Below, piece by piece: positions 1 to 9,235 of a stretch of DNA of 64,000 nt (position 1 is its first letter; every line of letters starts with the position of its first letter). Where the stretch lies: the NCBI GenBank assembly GCA_963805625.1, contig CAWDVE010000010.1:2048001-2112000 (forward strand). The letters are read 5' to 3'. A program made the position numbers and the translations under genes. A model generated the notes under the pieces. It was not told the DNA's origin. It searched no databases and saw only the letters and a list, made by a program, of their open reading frames with translations. Origin of the DNA: an uncultured Candidatus Rokubacteria bacterium. Its GTDB lineage: Bacteria; Methylomirabilota; Methylomirabilia; Rokubacteriales; DASRDR01.

Positions 1-384
1 GTGCTGTCGCTGCGGGAGCGCGACTTCGTCACCGCCGCCTGGGCGCTCGGATCCCGCCGGGCGCGGGTCATGTGGCGCCATCTCCTGCCGAACGTCGGCG
101 ACGTCCTGCTGGTCCAGGCCTCGTTCGGCGTCGGGACCGCGATCCTGACCGAGGCGAGCCTGAGTTTCCTCGGGCTCGGAGTGCCGCCGCCCGTCCTTTC
201 CTGGGGTCGCATGCTGAGGGAAGGCTACTCGTATCTCCTGTTGGCGCCGTGGATCTCGGTTGCGTCGGGCGCCGCGATTTTCGTCGTCGTGCTGGCCTTC
301 CAGTTGCTGGCGGACGGCCTCCAGGACATCTTCGCCCGGCGGGCCGGTGGCGCGGGGCCTCGCGGGATGGTCGGCAGGGGGTAG
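1..384 (+). CDS. ABC peptide/nickel transporter permease (DppC/OppC-like), 5'-truncated by window edge
   Basis: EAA-type loop 'RDFVTAAWALG...RHLLPN' and 'EASLSFLGLG...SWGRML' motifs. Confidence 0.9.
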   Translation: MLSLRERDFVTAAWALGSRRARVMWRHLLPNVGDVLLVQASFGVGTAILTEASLSFLGLGVPPPVLSWGRMLREGYSYLLLAPWISVASGAAIFVVVLAFQLLADGLQDIFARRAGGAGPRGMVGRG

Positions 385-648
385 AGAGGGCCCTCGGGCT
401 TCGACCCGTCCCATCGCGGCGTCCGGACCACGCGGCGGGCCACGCCGCGCGGTCGGCCGGCGAGCATACGGCAGCGACCGAAGTAGCCCTGGAGCCGGAC
501 GGTAGTCGACATGAGGCCGGTTCCCGGCCCAAATGGCCGGCGGACGACGAGCCCGAGGGGCGCAGAAGGTCGCGCGGACGACCGTCGCATGGGGGGCGCC
601 CGCGAGCGCGGCCGGGCTTCGGGCTATGCTCGGCGCTGCGGCAGCGCC

Positions 649-800
649 TCAGTCCAGGCGCCTCAGTTCTGCCCGTGCCGGCTCCAGCCAGGAGCGCATG
701 TCCATCTCGCCGTACATCGCCGTCGCGGTCGTCAGGTGCTCCTCGGCCTGCTCGCGTTTGCCCGTCCGCCGGTAGAGTCGCCCGAGGCCGAGGTGGCAGG
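649..800 (-). pseudogene. C-terminal TPR remnant of a cyclase-AAA-TPR family gene
   Basis: 'CHLGLGRLYRRTGKREQAEEHLTTATAMYGEMDM' closely matches the C-terminus of 26683..30048 ('SHLGLGRLYRRLGDHPMAEEHLTAAAMMYRGLDM'); no upstream body. Confidence 0.8.
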
Positions 801-945
801 CGACTCGACGAAGTGGCGGGACGCACGGACACGGCCCCGCGCCCCCGCGCACGCGAGCGCCCCCGAGCGGGGCCGGGTCGACGGCCAGGCGCCCCGGCGC
901 TGCGCCACTCGATTCATCGCTCGGTCGGGGGCGATCGGCGGGGAG

Positions 946-1617
946 CTACGCGTCTCCTTCATTCCAGGCTTTGACGATGTGCTCGGACCGCGTCACGAGC
1001 GTGAGGCGCCGCAGGAACGCCATCGCCTCATCGTGGTACTCCTTCTGCATCGGCCCGACCAGATCTTCTGGCACGACGACGAAGAAGCCGAGGTTGATGG
1101 CGTGCCACGCGGTCGGGAGGATGCCCACCTCGGTGGCGATGCCGGTGTGAATGATCGTCCGCACGCGGTGGAGCCGCAGCAGGTACTCGAGCGGGGTACC
1201 GATAAAGGCGTCGACCCGATACTTGTCGATGATGGTCTCGCCAGGCCCCGGCTTGAGCGCATCCACGGTCTGGCAGCCCCAAGTACCGTGAATCGACGAC
1301 TCGAGGGTCCAGCGCCGGACGGGGTCGGTCAGCACCGCGTAGTTGTCGCGGACCCGCGTATCCGGGAAGGTCGCGACGTTCGGGAGGTTCGTGTACTGCG
1401 TGTACATGACACGGACCTTCTGCGCCCGCGCAGCGTCGAGAAAGCCGGCGATCGGCGCGACGATCCCGGTGACATCGATCCGGCGCCCGGCCTTGGCGAA
1501 GACGCCGTCGGGGCCAGTGTTGTCGTTCTGAATGTCGTGCATGATCACCACGGTGTGCGCCGGGTCGACGATCTCGGCGAGAGTCTGCGGAATCTCCCGG
1601 CCTTCCCACTTCAGCAT
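946..1617 (-). CDS. Isochorismatase-family hydrolase
   Basis: 'HDIQND', 'IDKYRVDAF', 'GIATEVGILPTA' motifs; SD AAGGA upstream. Confidence 0.9.
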   Translation of the reverse strand: MLKWEGREIPQTLAEIVDPAHTVVIMHDIQNDNTGPDGVFAKAGRRIDVTGIVAPIAGFLDAARAQKVRVMYTQYTNLPNVATFPDTRVRDNYAVLTDPVRRWTLESSIHGTWGCQTVDALKPGPGETIIDKYRVDAFIGTPLEYLLRLHRVRTIIHTGIATEVGILPTAWHAINLGFFVVVPEDLVGPMQKEYHDEAMAFLRRLTLVTRSEHIVKAWNEGDA

Positions 1618-1705
1618 TGCTGGTCCTTTCTAGTTGAGGTCATGGAGTCGGTGACGCTCGGTCGGCGCGCGAGCGCGCTGCGGCCCCCGTCCCGGCACAC
1701 GGCGC

Positions 1706-2743
1706 TCACGCGGACGCGACGGTGACGCCGAGGCGAGGCACGACCTGCTCGACAAAGGCGCCCAGGACCTCCCCGACGTTCCGGCCGGGGGGGGCGTGAG
1801 GCCGGATGGTGATGGAGGTGATCGCCGGGCGCAACAGGACGGCGATCTGATCGGCCACCCGCTCCGGACGGCCCGCCAGCACCGTCCGGTCGACGGCCGC
1901 CTCCGGCAAGGCCGCCGCGGCCTCGTCGAGCCGGCTCGTGTCCTTGGCGGCGGCGATCTCCGTGAAGCGCTCGGGCATCCGCAAGTCCAGCCGCTCCAGG
2001 AAGTCCCAGTGCGGATACCCGGCGATCAACCGCGCCGCGACACGGCGGCGCATGACGCCCCGCGCGGCCGCCTCGTCCGCGTCGATGCAGACCTCCGGCC
2101 GGAGGGACACGTCCAGGTCGTCGAGCGTCCGGCCCGTCCGGGCCCGTCCCTCGCGAAGCTGCTCGAGGTAGAAGTCAAGCGCGCTCGGCACCAGCGTGTT
2201 GGCGACGAGGACGCCATCCGCCACCTCGCCGGCGAGCCGCATGACCTGGGCGCCGTGCGTCGCGAAGTAGATGGGGATGGACTTCCGGACCGGCGTGAAC
2301 TGAAGCTTCCCTTCGTAGAGCTCCACGACCTTGCCCCGGACGGTCAGGCGCTCGCCCCCGAGCAGGCGCCGGACGACGTCGACCGTCTCCCGGAGGGCGG
2401 CCACGGGCAGCTTGGCGGTGATCCCGAGCTCCCGGAACCCCGTGCCGCCGATCCCGAGCCCGAGGAGTGCCCGGCCGCCCGAGAGCTCGTCAAACGTCGC
2501 GAGGGTCGCGGCGGTGACCCCCGGGTGCCGGGAGTAGGGGTCGGCCACCCCGGGGCCCAGCTCGATGCGGTGGGTGCTCATGGCGAGCGCCGCCAAGCCC
2601 ACGAAGCACTCGCGAAACAGCCGGAGGTCCGTGTACCAGAGCTGATGGTACCCGAGCGACTCCACCAGGCGGCCTAGCTGGATGAGCTCCGCGGCCCGGT
2701 ATTCGGCGTTCAAGAGGCAGCCGATCCGCAGGGATCGTGTCAT
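1706..2743 (-). CDS. LLM-class flavin/F420-dependent oxidoreductase (Mer-like)
   Basis: 'THRIELGPGVADPYSRHP', 'DELSGGRALLGLGIG', 'RLAGEVADG'. Confidence 0.9.
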   Translation of the reverse strand: MTRSLRIGCLLNAEYRAAELIQLGRLVESLGYHQLWYTDLRLFRECFVGLAALAMSTHRIELGPGVADPYSRHPGVTAATLATFDELSGGRALLGLGIGGTGFRELGITAKLPVAALRETVDVVRRLLGGERLTVRGKVVELYEGKLQFTPVRKSIPIYFATHGAQVMRLAGEVADGVLVANTLVPSALDFYLEQLREGRARTGRTLDDLDVSLRPEVCIDADEAAARGVMRRRVAARLIAGYPHWDFLERLDLRMPERFTEIAAAKDTSRLDEAAAALPEAAVDRTVLAGRPERVADQIAVLLRPAITSITIRPHAPPGRNVGEVLGAFVEQVVPRLGVTVASA

Positions 2744-2777
2744 AGGTCTCCTTCTCGACGGCAGGCGACGCCGGACC

Positions 2778-2820
2778 GCTCGGCCGGGGGCCGGTTCTCG
2801 GAACCGGCCCCCGGCCGAGC
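2778..2820. repeat. Perfect 20-bp intergenic inverted repeat (3-nt loop)
   Basis: gctcggccgggggccggttc-tcg-gaaccggcccccggccgagc between the cupin and LLM genes; no U-tract. Confidence 0.85.
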
Positions 2821-2823
2821 GGG

Positions 2824-3246
2824 TCAGCGCCCGAGCTTCGCCGCGGCCGCCCGGAGCATCGCCCCAGCCTCGGCCTTGATGGCCGAGACGTTCGGCGCGC
2901 CGCCGGCGATCGCGAAGACGTTGATCGCCGGTTCGCCCGTCGCCTTCAGCGTGTACTGGTAGCCCTTAGGGAGGAAGATCTGCTCGCCCTGGCGAATCGT
3001 GGCCTCCCCCGCATCCCCTTGACCGTTGTCCCAGGCGACTCTGATGCTGCCCTGGGCCACGTAGAAGGCTTCCTCCGCCTTCCCCTGCCACTTCATGTCG
3101 GCCATGTCGGCCGCGTGGTGGCACACTCCCATCCGCAGCATCTCGGTGCCGACCGTCTCCTGACACACGTTGTAGACGGTGCCCATGCCCTTGGCGAGCT
3201 CGACCGGCGGAATCGCCGCCTTCCCGATCGTGACGACCTTGCTCAT
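2824..3246 (-). CDS. Cupin-domain protein
   Basis: 'EEAFYVAQG...GEQIFLPKGYQY' cupin motifs. Confidence 0.8.
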   Translation of the reverse strand: MSKVVTIGKAAIPPVELAKGMGTVYNVCQETVGTEMLRMGVCHHAADMADMKWQGKAEEAFYVAQGSIRVAWDNGQGDAGEATIRQGEQIFLPKGYQYTLKATGEPAINVFAIAGGAPNVSAIKAEAGAMLRAAAAKLGR

Positions 3247-3273
3247 CGTTCCTCTCGCTCCTCTTGGGTGTAA

Positions 3274-3474
3274 TCAGGCCGTCGGGCGCTGTCGGTCCGG
3301 CCAGAGCAGCCCCCCGATCGCCCAGTTCTCTCGCTTGACCTCCTCGATGATCACGTGCACCCCCTCCGGGGTGTTGCCCGTGACGCGGGCCACCACGTCC
3401 GTGACCTCCTTGACGAGCTGTCGCTTCTGGTCGACCGACCGCCCGTCGTACATCTCGATCCGCACTACCGGCAT
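3274..3474 (-). CDS. 4-oxalocrotonate tautomerase family protein
   Basis: Catalytic Pro1 after Met, 'GRSVDQKRQL', 'WAIGG'; 66 aa. Confidence 0.92.
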   Translation of the reverse strand: MPVVRIEMYDGRSVDQKRQLVKEVTDVVARVTGNTPEGVHVIIEEVKRENWAIGGLLWPDRQRPTA

Positions 3475-3525
3475 GCCAGGCCTCCTTTCGATCTCGACTC
3501 CGCCGAGGGGTCCCGACCACGGGGC

Positions 3526-4413
3526 TCAGGCGAGGAAGCTCCGCAGTCTCGGGTTCAGCGCGACGTTCAAGCCGTCCCCGAGTACGTTCAACAGCAGCAC
3601 GAGCGCGAAGATCGCCGCACCGGGAAAGGCCGGCACCCACCAGGCGCTGGTCGCGTACTCGAGGCCGCTAGTCAGCATCTGACCGAGGCTCACGACGTTC
3701 GGGTCTCCGACGCCCAGAAAGCTCAGCGACGCCTCGGTCAGGATGCCCGACGAGGCCAGCAGGGCGACCATCGCGATGACCGGGGGCAGCGTGTTGGGAA
3801 GGATCTCGCGGAACATCAGCTTGGCGTCGCTGACCCCGAGCGCCCGGGCGCCCAGCACGAAGGCCTCCTCGCGCAGCGCGAGGACTTCGGCGCGGACGAT
3901 CCGCGCGATCTGCGGCCACGTCGTGACGCCGAGCAGAACGACCACGAACACGAGTCGGCCCCCGAAGAGGAACGCGATGGACAGGACCAGAAAGAAGGTC
4001 GGAACGATCAACAGCGCATCGGCCGCCCGCATCACCACGTGGTCCACCCAGCCGCCGTAGTAGCCGGCGACCGAGCCGAGGGCGACCCCGATGGACATCC
4101 CGATGAGCGCCACCGTGGTGCCAACAACCAGGGAGGTGTTCACCCCGTGCAGCACGCGCCCGAGGATGTCGCGGCCGAGGTAGTCGGTGCCCAGCGGGTG
4201 GTGGCGCGACGGCGCGTCGAGCACGCGCGCGGAGATCGCCTCGGGCTCCACGGCGAGCAGCAGAACCGCGGCCGGGGTCGTGATGGTGACGGCGACGAGC
4301 GTGTACAGCGCGAACCGCGCGGCCCGGTGGCGTCGGAAGACACGCCAGAAGTCGTCCATTCCCCGCAGGCGCTCCCGGATCCAAGAGAGGACGGGGACGG
4401 TCCGGTCAGGCAT
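3526..4413 (-). CDS. ABC peptide/nickel permease (DppC-like)
   Basis: 'HPLGTDYLGRDIL', 'EASLSFLGVG'; start taken at MPDRTV overlapping the upstream permease. Confidence 0.92.
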   Translation of the reverse strand: MPDRTVPVLSWIRERLRGMDDFWRVFRRHRAARFALYTLVAVTITTPAAVLLLAVEPEAISARVLDAPSRHHPLGTDYLGRDILGRVLHGVNTSLVVGTTVALIGMSIGVALGSVAGYYGGWVDHVVMRAADALLIVPTFFLVLSIAFLFGGRLVFVVVLLGVTTWPQIARIVRAEVLALREEAFVLGARALGVSDAKLMFREILPNTLPPVIAMVALLASSGILTEASLSFLGVGDPNVVSLGQMLTSGLEYATSAWWVPAFPGAAIFALVLLLNVLGDGLNVALNPRLRSFLA

Positions 4414-5377
4414 AGCGGACGCGCGGGTCGAGCACGACATAGAGGAGGTCGACGACGAGGTTGGCAAGCACGACCGCGATCCCGATCACGATGAAGACGC
4501 CGAGCACGACGGGGTAGTCGTGCTGGATGATGGCGTTGAAGGTGAGCCGGCCCATCCCGGGCCAGGCGAAGACGACCTCGGTCATCACGGCGCCCGCGAA
4601 CATGGTGCCCAGGTGAAGGCCGAGGATGGTCAGGATCGGGCGCGCGGCGTTGCGGAGGGCGTGCCGGTACACCACGCGGGTCTCCGACAGGCCCTTCATT
4701 CGGGCCGTCGTGAGGTAGGGCTTCCGGGATTCCTCGAGCATGGACGCGCGCGTGAGCCGCGCGAAGGCCGCCAGGTACCACCAGACAAGCACCCCGAGCG
4801 GCATCGCGATGTGAGCGGCGACGTCCAGCGCATACGCCAGGCCGCGCGCGGACGACCCCAGGGTGTACATGCCCTGGGTCGGCAGCCATCGGAGGCTGCT
4901 CGCGAAGACAACGATGAAGATGATCCCGAGCCAGAAGGGGGGCGTCGAGTACCCGACCATCGATACCGCGCCGATGACATAGTCGTACCAGGAGTTCAGC
5001 CGGCGCGAGGACTCGATGCCGAGGAGGACCCCGAGCCCGGTGGCGAGGACGAGGCTGGGAACCATGAGCAGGAGCGTGTTGGGAATGATGCGAACGAGCA
5101 TCGCGCCGACCGGCTGCTGGTTCACCTGCGAGTACCCGAGGTTGCCGCGAAGAAGGTTGAGCACGTACGCGGAGTACTGCTGCCAGAGCGGGCGGTCCAG
5201 GCCCCACTGGCGTCGGATGTTGTCGAGGGTCTCCGCGCTCACGTTCTGCGCTCCGTAGAGATACAGGACCGGGTCGCCTGGCGCGAGCCGCATCACGAAG
5301 AAGCCGAGCGTGATGACGAGCAGGACGAGGCCGACGCTCTGCATCACGCGCCCCACGACGTAGCTCCACAGTGACAT
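4406..5377 (-). CDS. ABC peptide/nickel permease (DppB-like)
   Basis: 'RLAPGDP', 'GLDRPLWQQY', 'TARMKGL...HALRNA', 'LDPRVR'. Confidence 0.93.
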   Translation of the reverse strand: MSLWSYVVGRVMQSVGLVLLVITLGFFVMRLAPGDPVLYLYGAQNVSAETLDNIRRQWGLDRPLWQQYSAYVLNLLRGNLGYSQVNQQPVGAMLVRIIPNTLLLMVPSLVLATGLGVLLGIESSRRLNSWYDYVIGAVSMVGYSTPPFWLGIIFIVVFASSLRWLPTQGMYTLGSSARGLAYALDVAAHIAMPLGVLVWWYLAAFARLTRASMLEESRKPYLTTARMKGLSETRVVYRHALRNAARPILTILGLHLGTMFAGAVMTEVVFAWPGMGRLTFNAIIQHDYPVVLGVFIVIGIAVVLANLVVDLLYVVLDPRVRYA

Positions 5378-5435
5378 CGGCGGTGCGGGGCCGCGTCATC
5401 GTCCACGCGGGCGGCCGCCGCGGTGGGGGGTCGGC

Positions 5436-5460
5436 CCCGGGGGCCCGAGCGGCCCCCGGG
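5436..5460 (-). other. GC-rich hairpin just 3' of the binding-protein gene (likely mRNA-stabilising)
   Basis: cccgggggcc-cgagc-ggcccccggg, 10-bp stem. Confidence 0.5.
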
Positions 5461-5472
5461 TGGCTTCTCGCG

Positions 5473-7089
5473 TCACGTGTTCAACCAGGCGCCCTCCACC
5501 GAGGTCAGCGTGCCGGTCAGGGCGTCCATGCTGTGGAGCCCCTCGACCTGCCGGCGAAACATGTCGAGGCCCACCGCGCTGTACAGCGGGATCACCGCTG
5601 TCTCGTCGAACGCGATCCTCTGGGCCTCGAGGTAGAGGCCCTTACGCTTCTCCTGGACCGCCGTGGCCCGGGCCGCCTCGATCAGCTCGGTCGCCCGCGG
5701 GTGGTTCCACTGGGCGTAGTTCGCCCCGCCCGGCTTGACGTTCCGGCCGCTCAGGTAGTCCATCACGTACGCCGGATCCACCTGCCGGGACAGGAAGATG
5801 CTCCAGATGCAGCCGGCGGTGTCCCGATCCTGGCGGATCCGTGCGATGTACGTGGCCCATGTGTAGCTCTTGATGCTGGCCTCGATGCCGATCGGCACCA
5901 GCATCGCCTTCAGGGCCTCGGACAGCTTCACGCGGAATCCCTCGGTGGCGAGGAGCGTCACCGCGAAGCGCGTTCCACCCTTCCGGGGGAGTCCGGCTTC
6001 GTCGAGCAGCTGATTGGCCTTCGCCGGATTGAACTCCGACTTGATCGCCGGATCGTGCGCCCACGTGAGAGCGGGCAGGTTGCCGATGTAGGAGTCCTGC
6101 ACCCGGCCGAACCCCTGCAGCAGTGCCTTGACGATCAGCTCCTTGTTGATCGCGAGGGCGATCGCCCGGCGCACCTTGGGATTGTCGAAGGGCGGGGCCG
6201 CGCAGTTCATCCAGAGGTTCTGATTGAAGTTCTGCACGAACTCCTGGAAGAGGATGTTCGGCGGCTTGGCATCGACAAGCTGTCGCACCTGAGCGTAGGG
6301 AAGGCCGCCCGGCATCCCTTGCGACAGAACCGCGTCCAGCTCGCCGTTCTTGAAGGCCTCGATGCCGGTCGCCGCGTCCGACACCACCTTGAAGATCACC
6401 TGGTCGACGTACGGCTTGCCCTTGCGGAAATAGGCGCGGTTGGCCTCGAAGGCGAGGTGGCTGGACCGCTGCCATTCCTTCAGCTTGAAGGGCCCGGTGC
6501 CGATCGGCATGGTCAGCGCGGGGTTCCTCCGGAAATCGCTGCCGGCCCAGACGTGCTTGGGCAGGATGCCCACGGCCGAGATGCCGGGCATCATGAGGAC
6601 GTTGGGGCCGTCGAACTTCAGGCTCACCGTGTACTTGTCGGGCGTCTCGACCGCCTTCAGGTTGGCGACGTACACGTTGAGCGGCGAGGCCACCTTCGAG
6701 TCGGCGATGCTCTCGTAGGTGAACCGGACGTCCTCGGCCGTGCACTCCTTGCCGTCGTGGAACATGACGCCCGGGGTCAGGCGGAACGTGAACGTGTCCG
6801 CCGTGTCGGAGATCGTCCAGCTCCGCGCGAGGCCGGGAACGAGCTCGCCCGTCGAGCCGTAGTCAGTGAGGCCGTTGTAGACCATCCGCTGCGTCTCCGG
6901 CCAGTTCGTGCCTTCCAGCGCGGGGTTGAAGCCCACGGCCGGCTCGATCTGCAGGAGGCGCAGGGTCCCGCCGCGCTTGGGCTCGCTGGCCGCGACGCGT
7001 CGCACGCCGCGAGCCGTCCCGGCCGTGACTGCGGCGCCGGCGGCGGCGAGGCGGAGGAAACCGCGTCGGGTGACGGTGCCGTTTCTCAT
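5473..7089 (-). CDS. ABC transporter family-5 substrate-binding protein with Tat signal
   Basis: 'TRRGFLRLAAAG' twin-arginine signal; 'PGLARSW', 'FHDG', 'PIGTGPF', 'VRRAIALAIN'. Confidence 0.93.
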   Translation of the reverse strand: MRNGTVTRRGFLRLAAAGAAVTAGTARGVRRVAASEPKRGGTLRLLQIEPAVGFNPALEGTNWPETQRMVYNGLTDYGSTGELVPGLARSWTISDTADTFTFRLTPGVMFHDGKECTAEDVRFTYESIADSKVASPLNVYVANLKAVETPDKYTVSLKFDGPNVLMMPGISAVGILPKHVWAGSDFRRNPALTMPIGTGPFKLKEWQRSSHLAFEANRAYFRKGKPYVDQVIFKVVSDAATGIEAFKNGELDAVLSQGMPGGLPYAQVRQLVDAKPPNILFQEFVQNFNQNLWMNCAAPPFDNPKVRRAIALAINKELIVKALLQGFGRVQDSYIGNLPALTWAHDPAIKSEFNPAKANQLLDEAGLPRKGGTRFAVTLLATEGFRVKLSEALKAMLVPIGIEASIKSYTWATYIARIRQDRDTAGCIWSIFLSRQVDPAYVMDYLSGRNVKPGGANYAQWNHPRATELIEAARATAVQEKRKGLYLEAQRIAFDETAVIPLYSAVGLDMFRRQVEGLHSMDALTGTLTSVEGAWLNT

Positions 7090-7245
7090 ATCATGCCTCC
7101 GTCCTTGTGGATCCCAGGAGTGTGACGACCGGTCAGCCGCCGGAGACGGGGGCTTCCGCCGCATCGAGGGTCTGTGCGGAGCGTATCGGTAGTGGATCCG
7201 TTTCCCTCGCCTGACCGCGACCGACAGGGTTGTTCGATGGCACTT

Positions 7246-7293
7246 CAGTTTCTAAACTGGGGATATATTCGCCGGAGCCTCAAAGTCTGTCAA
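7246..7293 (-). promoter_or_regulatory. Sigma70-type promoter with downstream operator-like dyad
   Basis: TTGACA (7293-7288), 17 nt, GAATAT; dyad CAGTTT-CT-AAACTG at 7246-7259. Confidence 0.6.
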
Positions 7294-7315
7294 GGTCGTG
7301 GGCGCGGCGGGCCCG

Positions 7316-7879
7316 TCAGAACGACGGCGGCGTGATCACCCAGAGGACGACGGCCTGGGTTTGCCGGCTCGGGTTGCGGAACCCGTGCAGGCGCGTCGAG
7401 CTGAAGTAGAAGCTGTCCCCTTTTCGCAGCCGGAACACATCGTCTTCGACACGGAGCTCGAGCGTCCCGGACAGGACGAGCCCGAACTCCTCTCCGGCGT
7501 GATCGTACGCCCCTTTCGAGCCCTCTCCGGGAGCGATCGTCACGCAGAGTGGCTCCATCTTCTTGCCCCGCTGGCGCGTGATCAGGAGCTCCTTCACGAT
7601 GCTCGGATTCGTGATGGGCAGCCGGGGGCGCTCTTGCCGTCGCAGGACGATCTGGTTCCCGTCGGCGCCGTCGTCGTCGATGAAAAGCTCGACGACGGAG
7701 ACCCCGTAGCCGGCTGCGATCCTCTTGAGAGACGCGAGGGACGGCGACGCTCGCCCGGTCTCCACCTGCGACAGGTAGGCCTCGCTATACCCGGCTTTCT
7801 GCGCGACCTCTCGGAGCGTGCGCTCTTGTGCGCGTCGCAACCGCCGAAGCCGCTGGCCGAGCTCCGTCATGAGCGTCAT
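7316..7879 (-). CDS. XRE-family HTH regulator with C-terminal cupin (PuuR-like)
   Basis: 'LSQVETGRASPSLASL' HTH; 'HAGEEFGLVLSG...GDSFYF...H.FRNP'. Confidence 0.93.
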   Translation of the reverse strand: MTLMTELGQRLRRLRRAQERTLREVAQKAGYSEAYLSQVETGRASPSLASLKRIAAGYGVSVVELFIDDDGADGNQIVLRRQERPRLPITNPSIVKELLITRQRGKKMEPLCVTIAPGEGSKGAYDHAGEEFGLVLSGTLELRVEDDVFRLRKGDSFYFSSTRLHGFRNPSRQTQAVVLWVITPPSF

Positions 7880-7925
7880 GATGCGAGGGCGCGGGAAGGT
7901 CTGTCAACCTGGGGTCAGGCCTTGG

Positions 7926-8110
7926 TGTTGAGTCTACTCAAGATTGACCCCGGGCAGTGACGATTGGGGACTATGCTCGAGCACCGGGGATCAGGCCGCC
8001 CGGGGCGGCAGGGTGGCCGTGAGCTTCTCAGCCGGAGTGTGGCCCTTGAGAGCGAGCGAGAGCCGCTGGTAGTCATACGTCGCCCCCCAACCTCGGAGTG
8101 TCGCGGAGCT
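7926..8110 (-). mobile_element. IS481-like remnant: transposase C-terminus plus terminal repeat
   Basis: 'W..TYDYQRLSLALKGHTPAEKL' resembles the integrase-core tail (YN..R...L.G.TP); element end reads TGT-TGAGTCTACTC-AAGATTGACC from 7926. Confidence 0.6.
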
Positions 8111-8149
8111 ATCGGACGCTCGGGAAGCCGGGCGGCCAGCCCGGTAACG

Positions 8150-8345
8150 GAATCGAGTCCCTATTTCCTCACCGGCTTCGCCGCGTGCGGCCTCTGCACC
8201 GGGAGCTTGGAGGTGCGAAGCCGGCTCACGGGCACCCGGCGAGCCCACGTCTACGCGTGCGCGACGTACCAACGGCGCGGATTCAGCGTCTGCGGGAACC
8301 GCCTGGTCGCGCCGCCCACTGTGGGCGAGGCCGTCCTCGACAACT
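8150..8345 (+). pseudogene. Large serine recombinase zinc-ribbon remnant
   Basis: 'YFLTGFAACGLCTGSL...YACATYQRRGFSVCGN' fits L.G...CxxCG..Y.C....C.N; catalytic domain absent. Confidence 0.7.
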
Positions 8346-8376
8346 GTTCCCTGGAACCCCTCGTCGGCTCGCCCCG

Positions 8377-9228
8377 TTACGTCCGGAGCCGGGGATCCAG
8401 GACGTCCCGCGTGGCGTCCCCGAGGAAGTTGAAGCTCAGCGTCGTGAGGAAGATCGCGGCGCCGGGGGCCAGGCTGAGCCACGGCGCCATTTCGAGGTAC
8501 TCGCGTCCCGTGTTCAGCATGGCGCCCCAGCTCGGGGTCGGGGGCTGAGCCCCGAGGCCCAAGAACGACAGGCCGGCCTCGGTCAGGACCGCGAACGCCA
8601 GGCGAAGGGACGCGTGGATCACGACCACCGCCACCGTGCCGGGGACGATGTGCCGGACCACGATGCGCCGGTCGCCCGCGCCGAGCGCCCGGGCGGCCTC
8701 GACGAACTCCTGCGACCGCAACGTCAGCACCTGCCCCCGGACGAGCCGGGCGAAGCCCGGGATGCCGATGACGCCGATGGCGATCATCGCGTTTCGAAGA
8801 CTCGGCCCGAGGGCGGCGGTGATGGCGAGCGCCAGGACGATCGACGGGAACGCCAGAAGGCCGTCCATCACCCGCATGATCACATTGTCGAGCCAGCCGG
8901 CGTGGTAGCCGGAGACCAGCCCCAGAACGACCCCCAGGCCCAGGGACAGCGCGACGGCAAGCACCCCGACGCCGAGGGACACTCGCGCCCCGTACAGGAC
9001 CCGGCTGAGAATGTCGCGCCCGAGATCGTCGGTCCCGAGCCAATGTGTCCGCCCCGGCGATTCCAGCATGCGGTCGAGCACCTGCTCCGTCGGATCGAAT
9101 GGGGCGAGGGCGGGGCCGAGCAATGCCAGGAGCGTGAGGACACCGACCGCGATCAGACTGACGACGCCCATCCGACTCCAGCGCCACCGAACGCGGGCGG
9201 CGGGTCCGCTGGACTCGGTGGAGCGCAC
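8377..9228 (-). CDS. ABC peptide/nickel permease (DppC-like)
   Basis: 'HWLGTDDLGRDILSR', 'EAGLSFLGLG.QPPTPSWG'; start approximate. Confidence 0.92.
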   Translation of the reverse strand: MRSTESSGPAARVRWRWSRMGVVSLIAVGVLTLLALLGPALAPFDPTEQVLDRMLESPGRTHWLGTDDLGRDILSRVLYGARVSLGVGVLAVALSLGLGVVLGLVSGYHAGWLDNVIMRVMDGLLAFPSIVLALAITAALGPSLRNAMIAIGVIGIPGFARLVRGQVLTLRSQEFVEAARALGAGDRRIVVRHIVPGTVAVVVIHASLRLAFAVLTEAGLSFLGLGAQPPTPSWGAMLNTGREYLEMAPWLSLAPGAAIFLTTLSFNFLGDATRDVLDPRLRT

Positions 9229-9235
9229 GGCCGGC

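Noticed and set aside
7928-7941. Dyad TTGAGT-CT-ACTCAA as XRE operator
   Set aside because: Differs from the 7246 dyad and lies inside the apparent IS481-like terminal sequence
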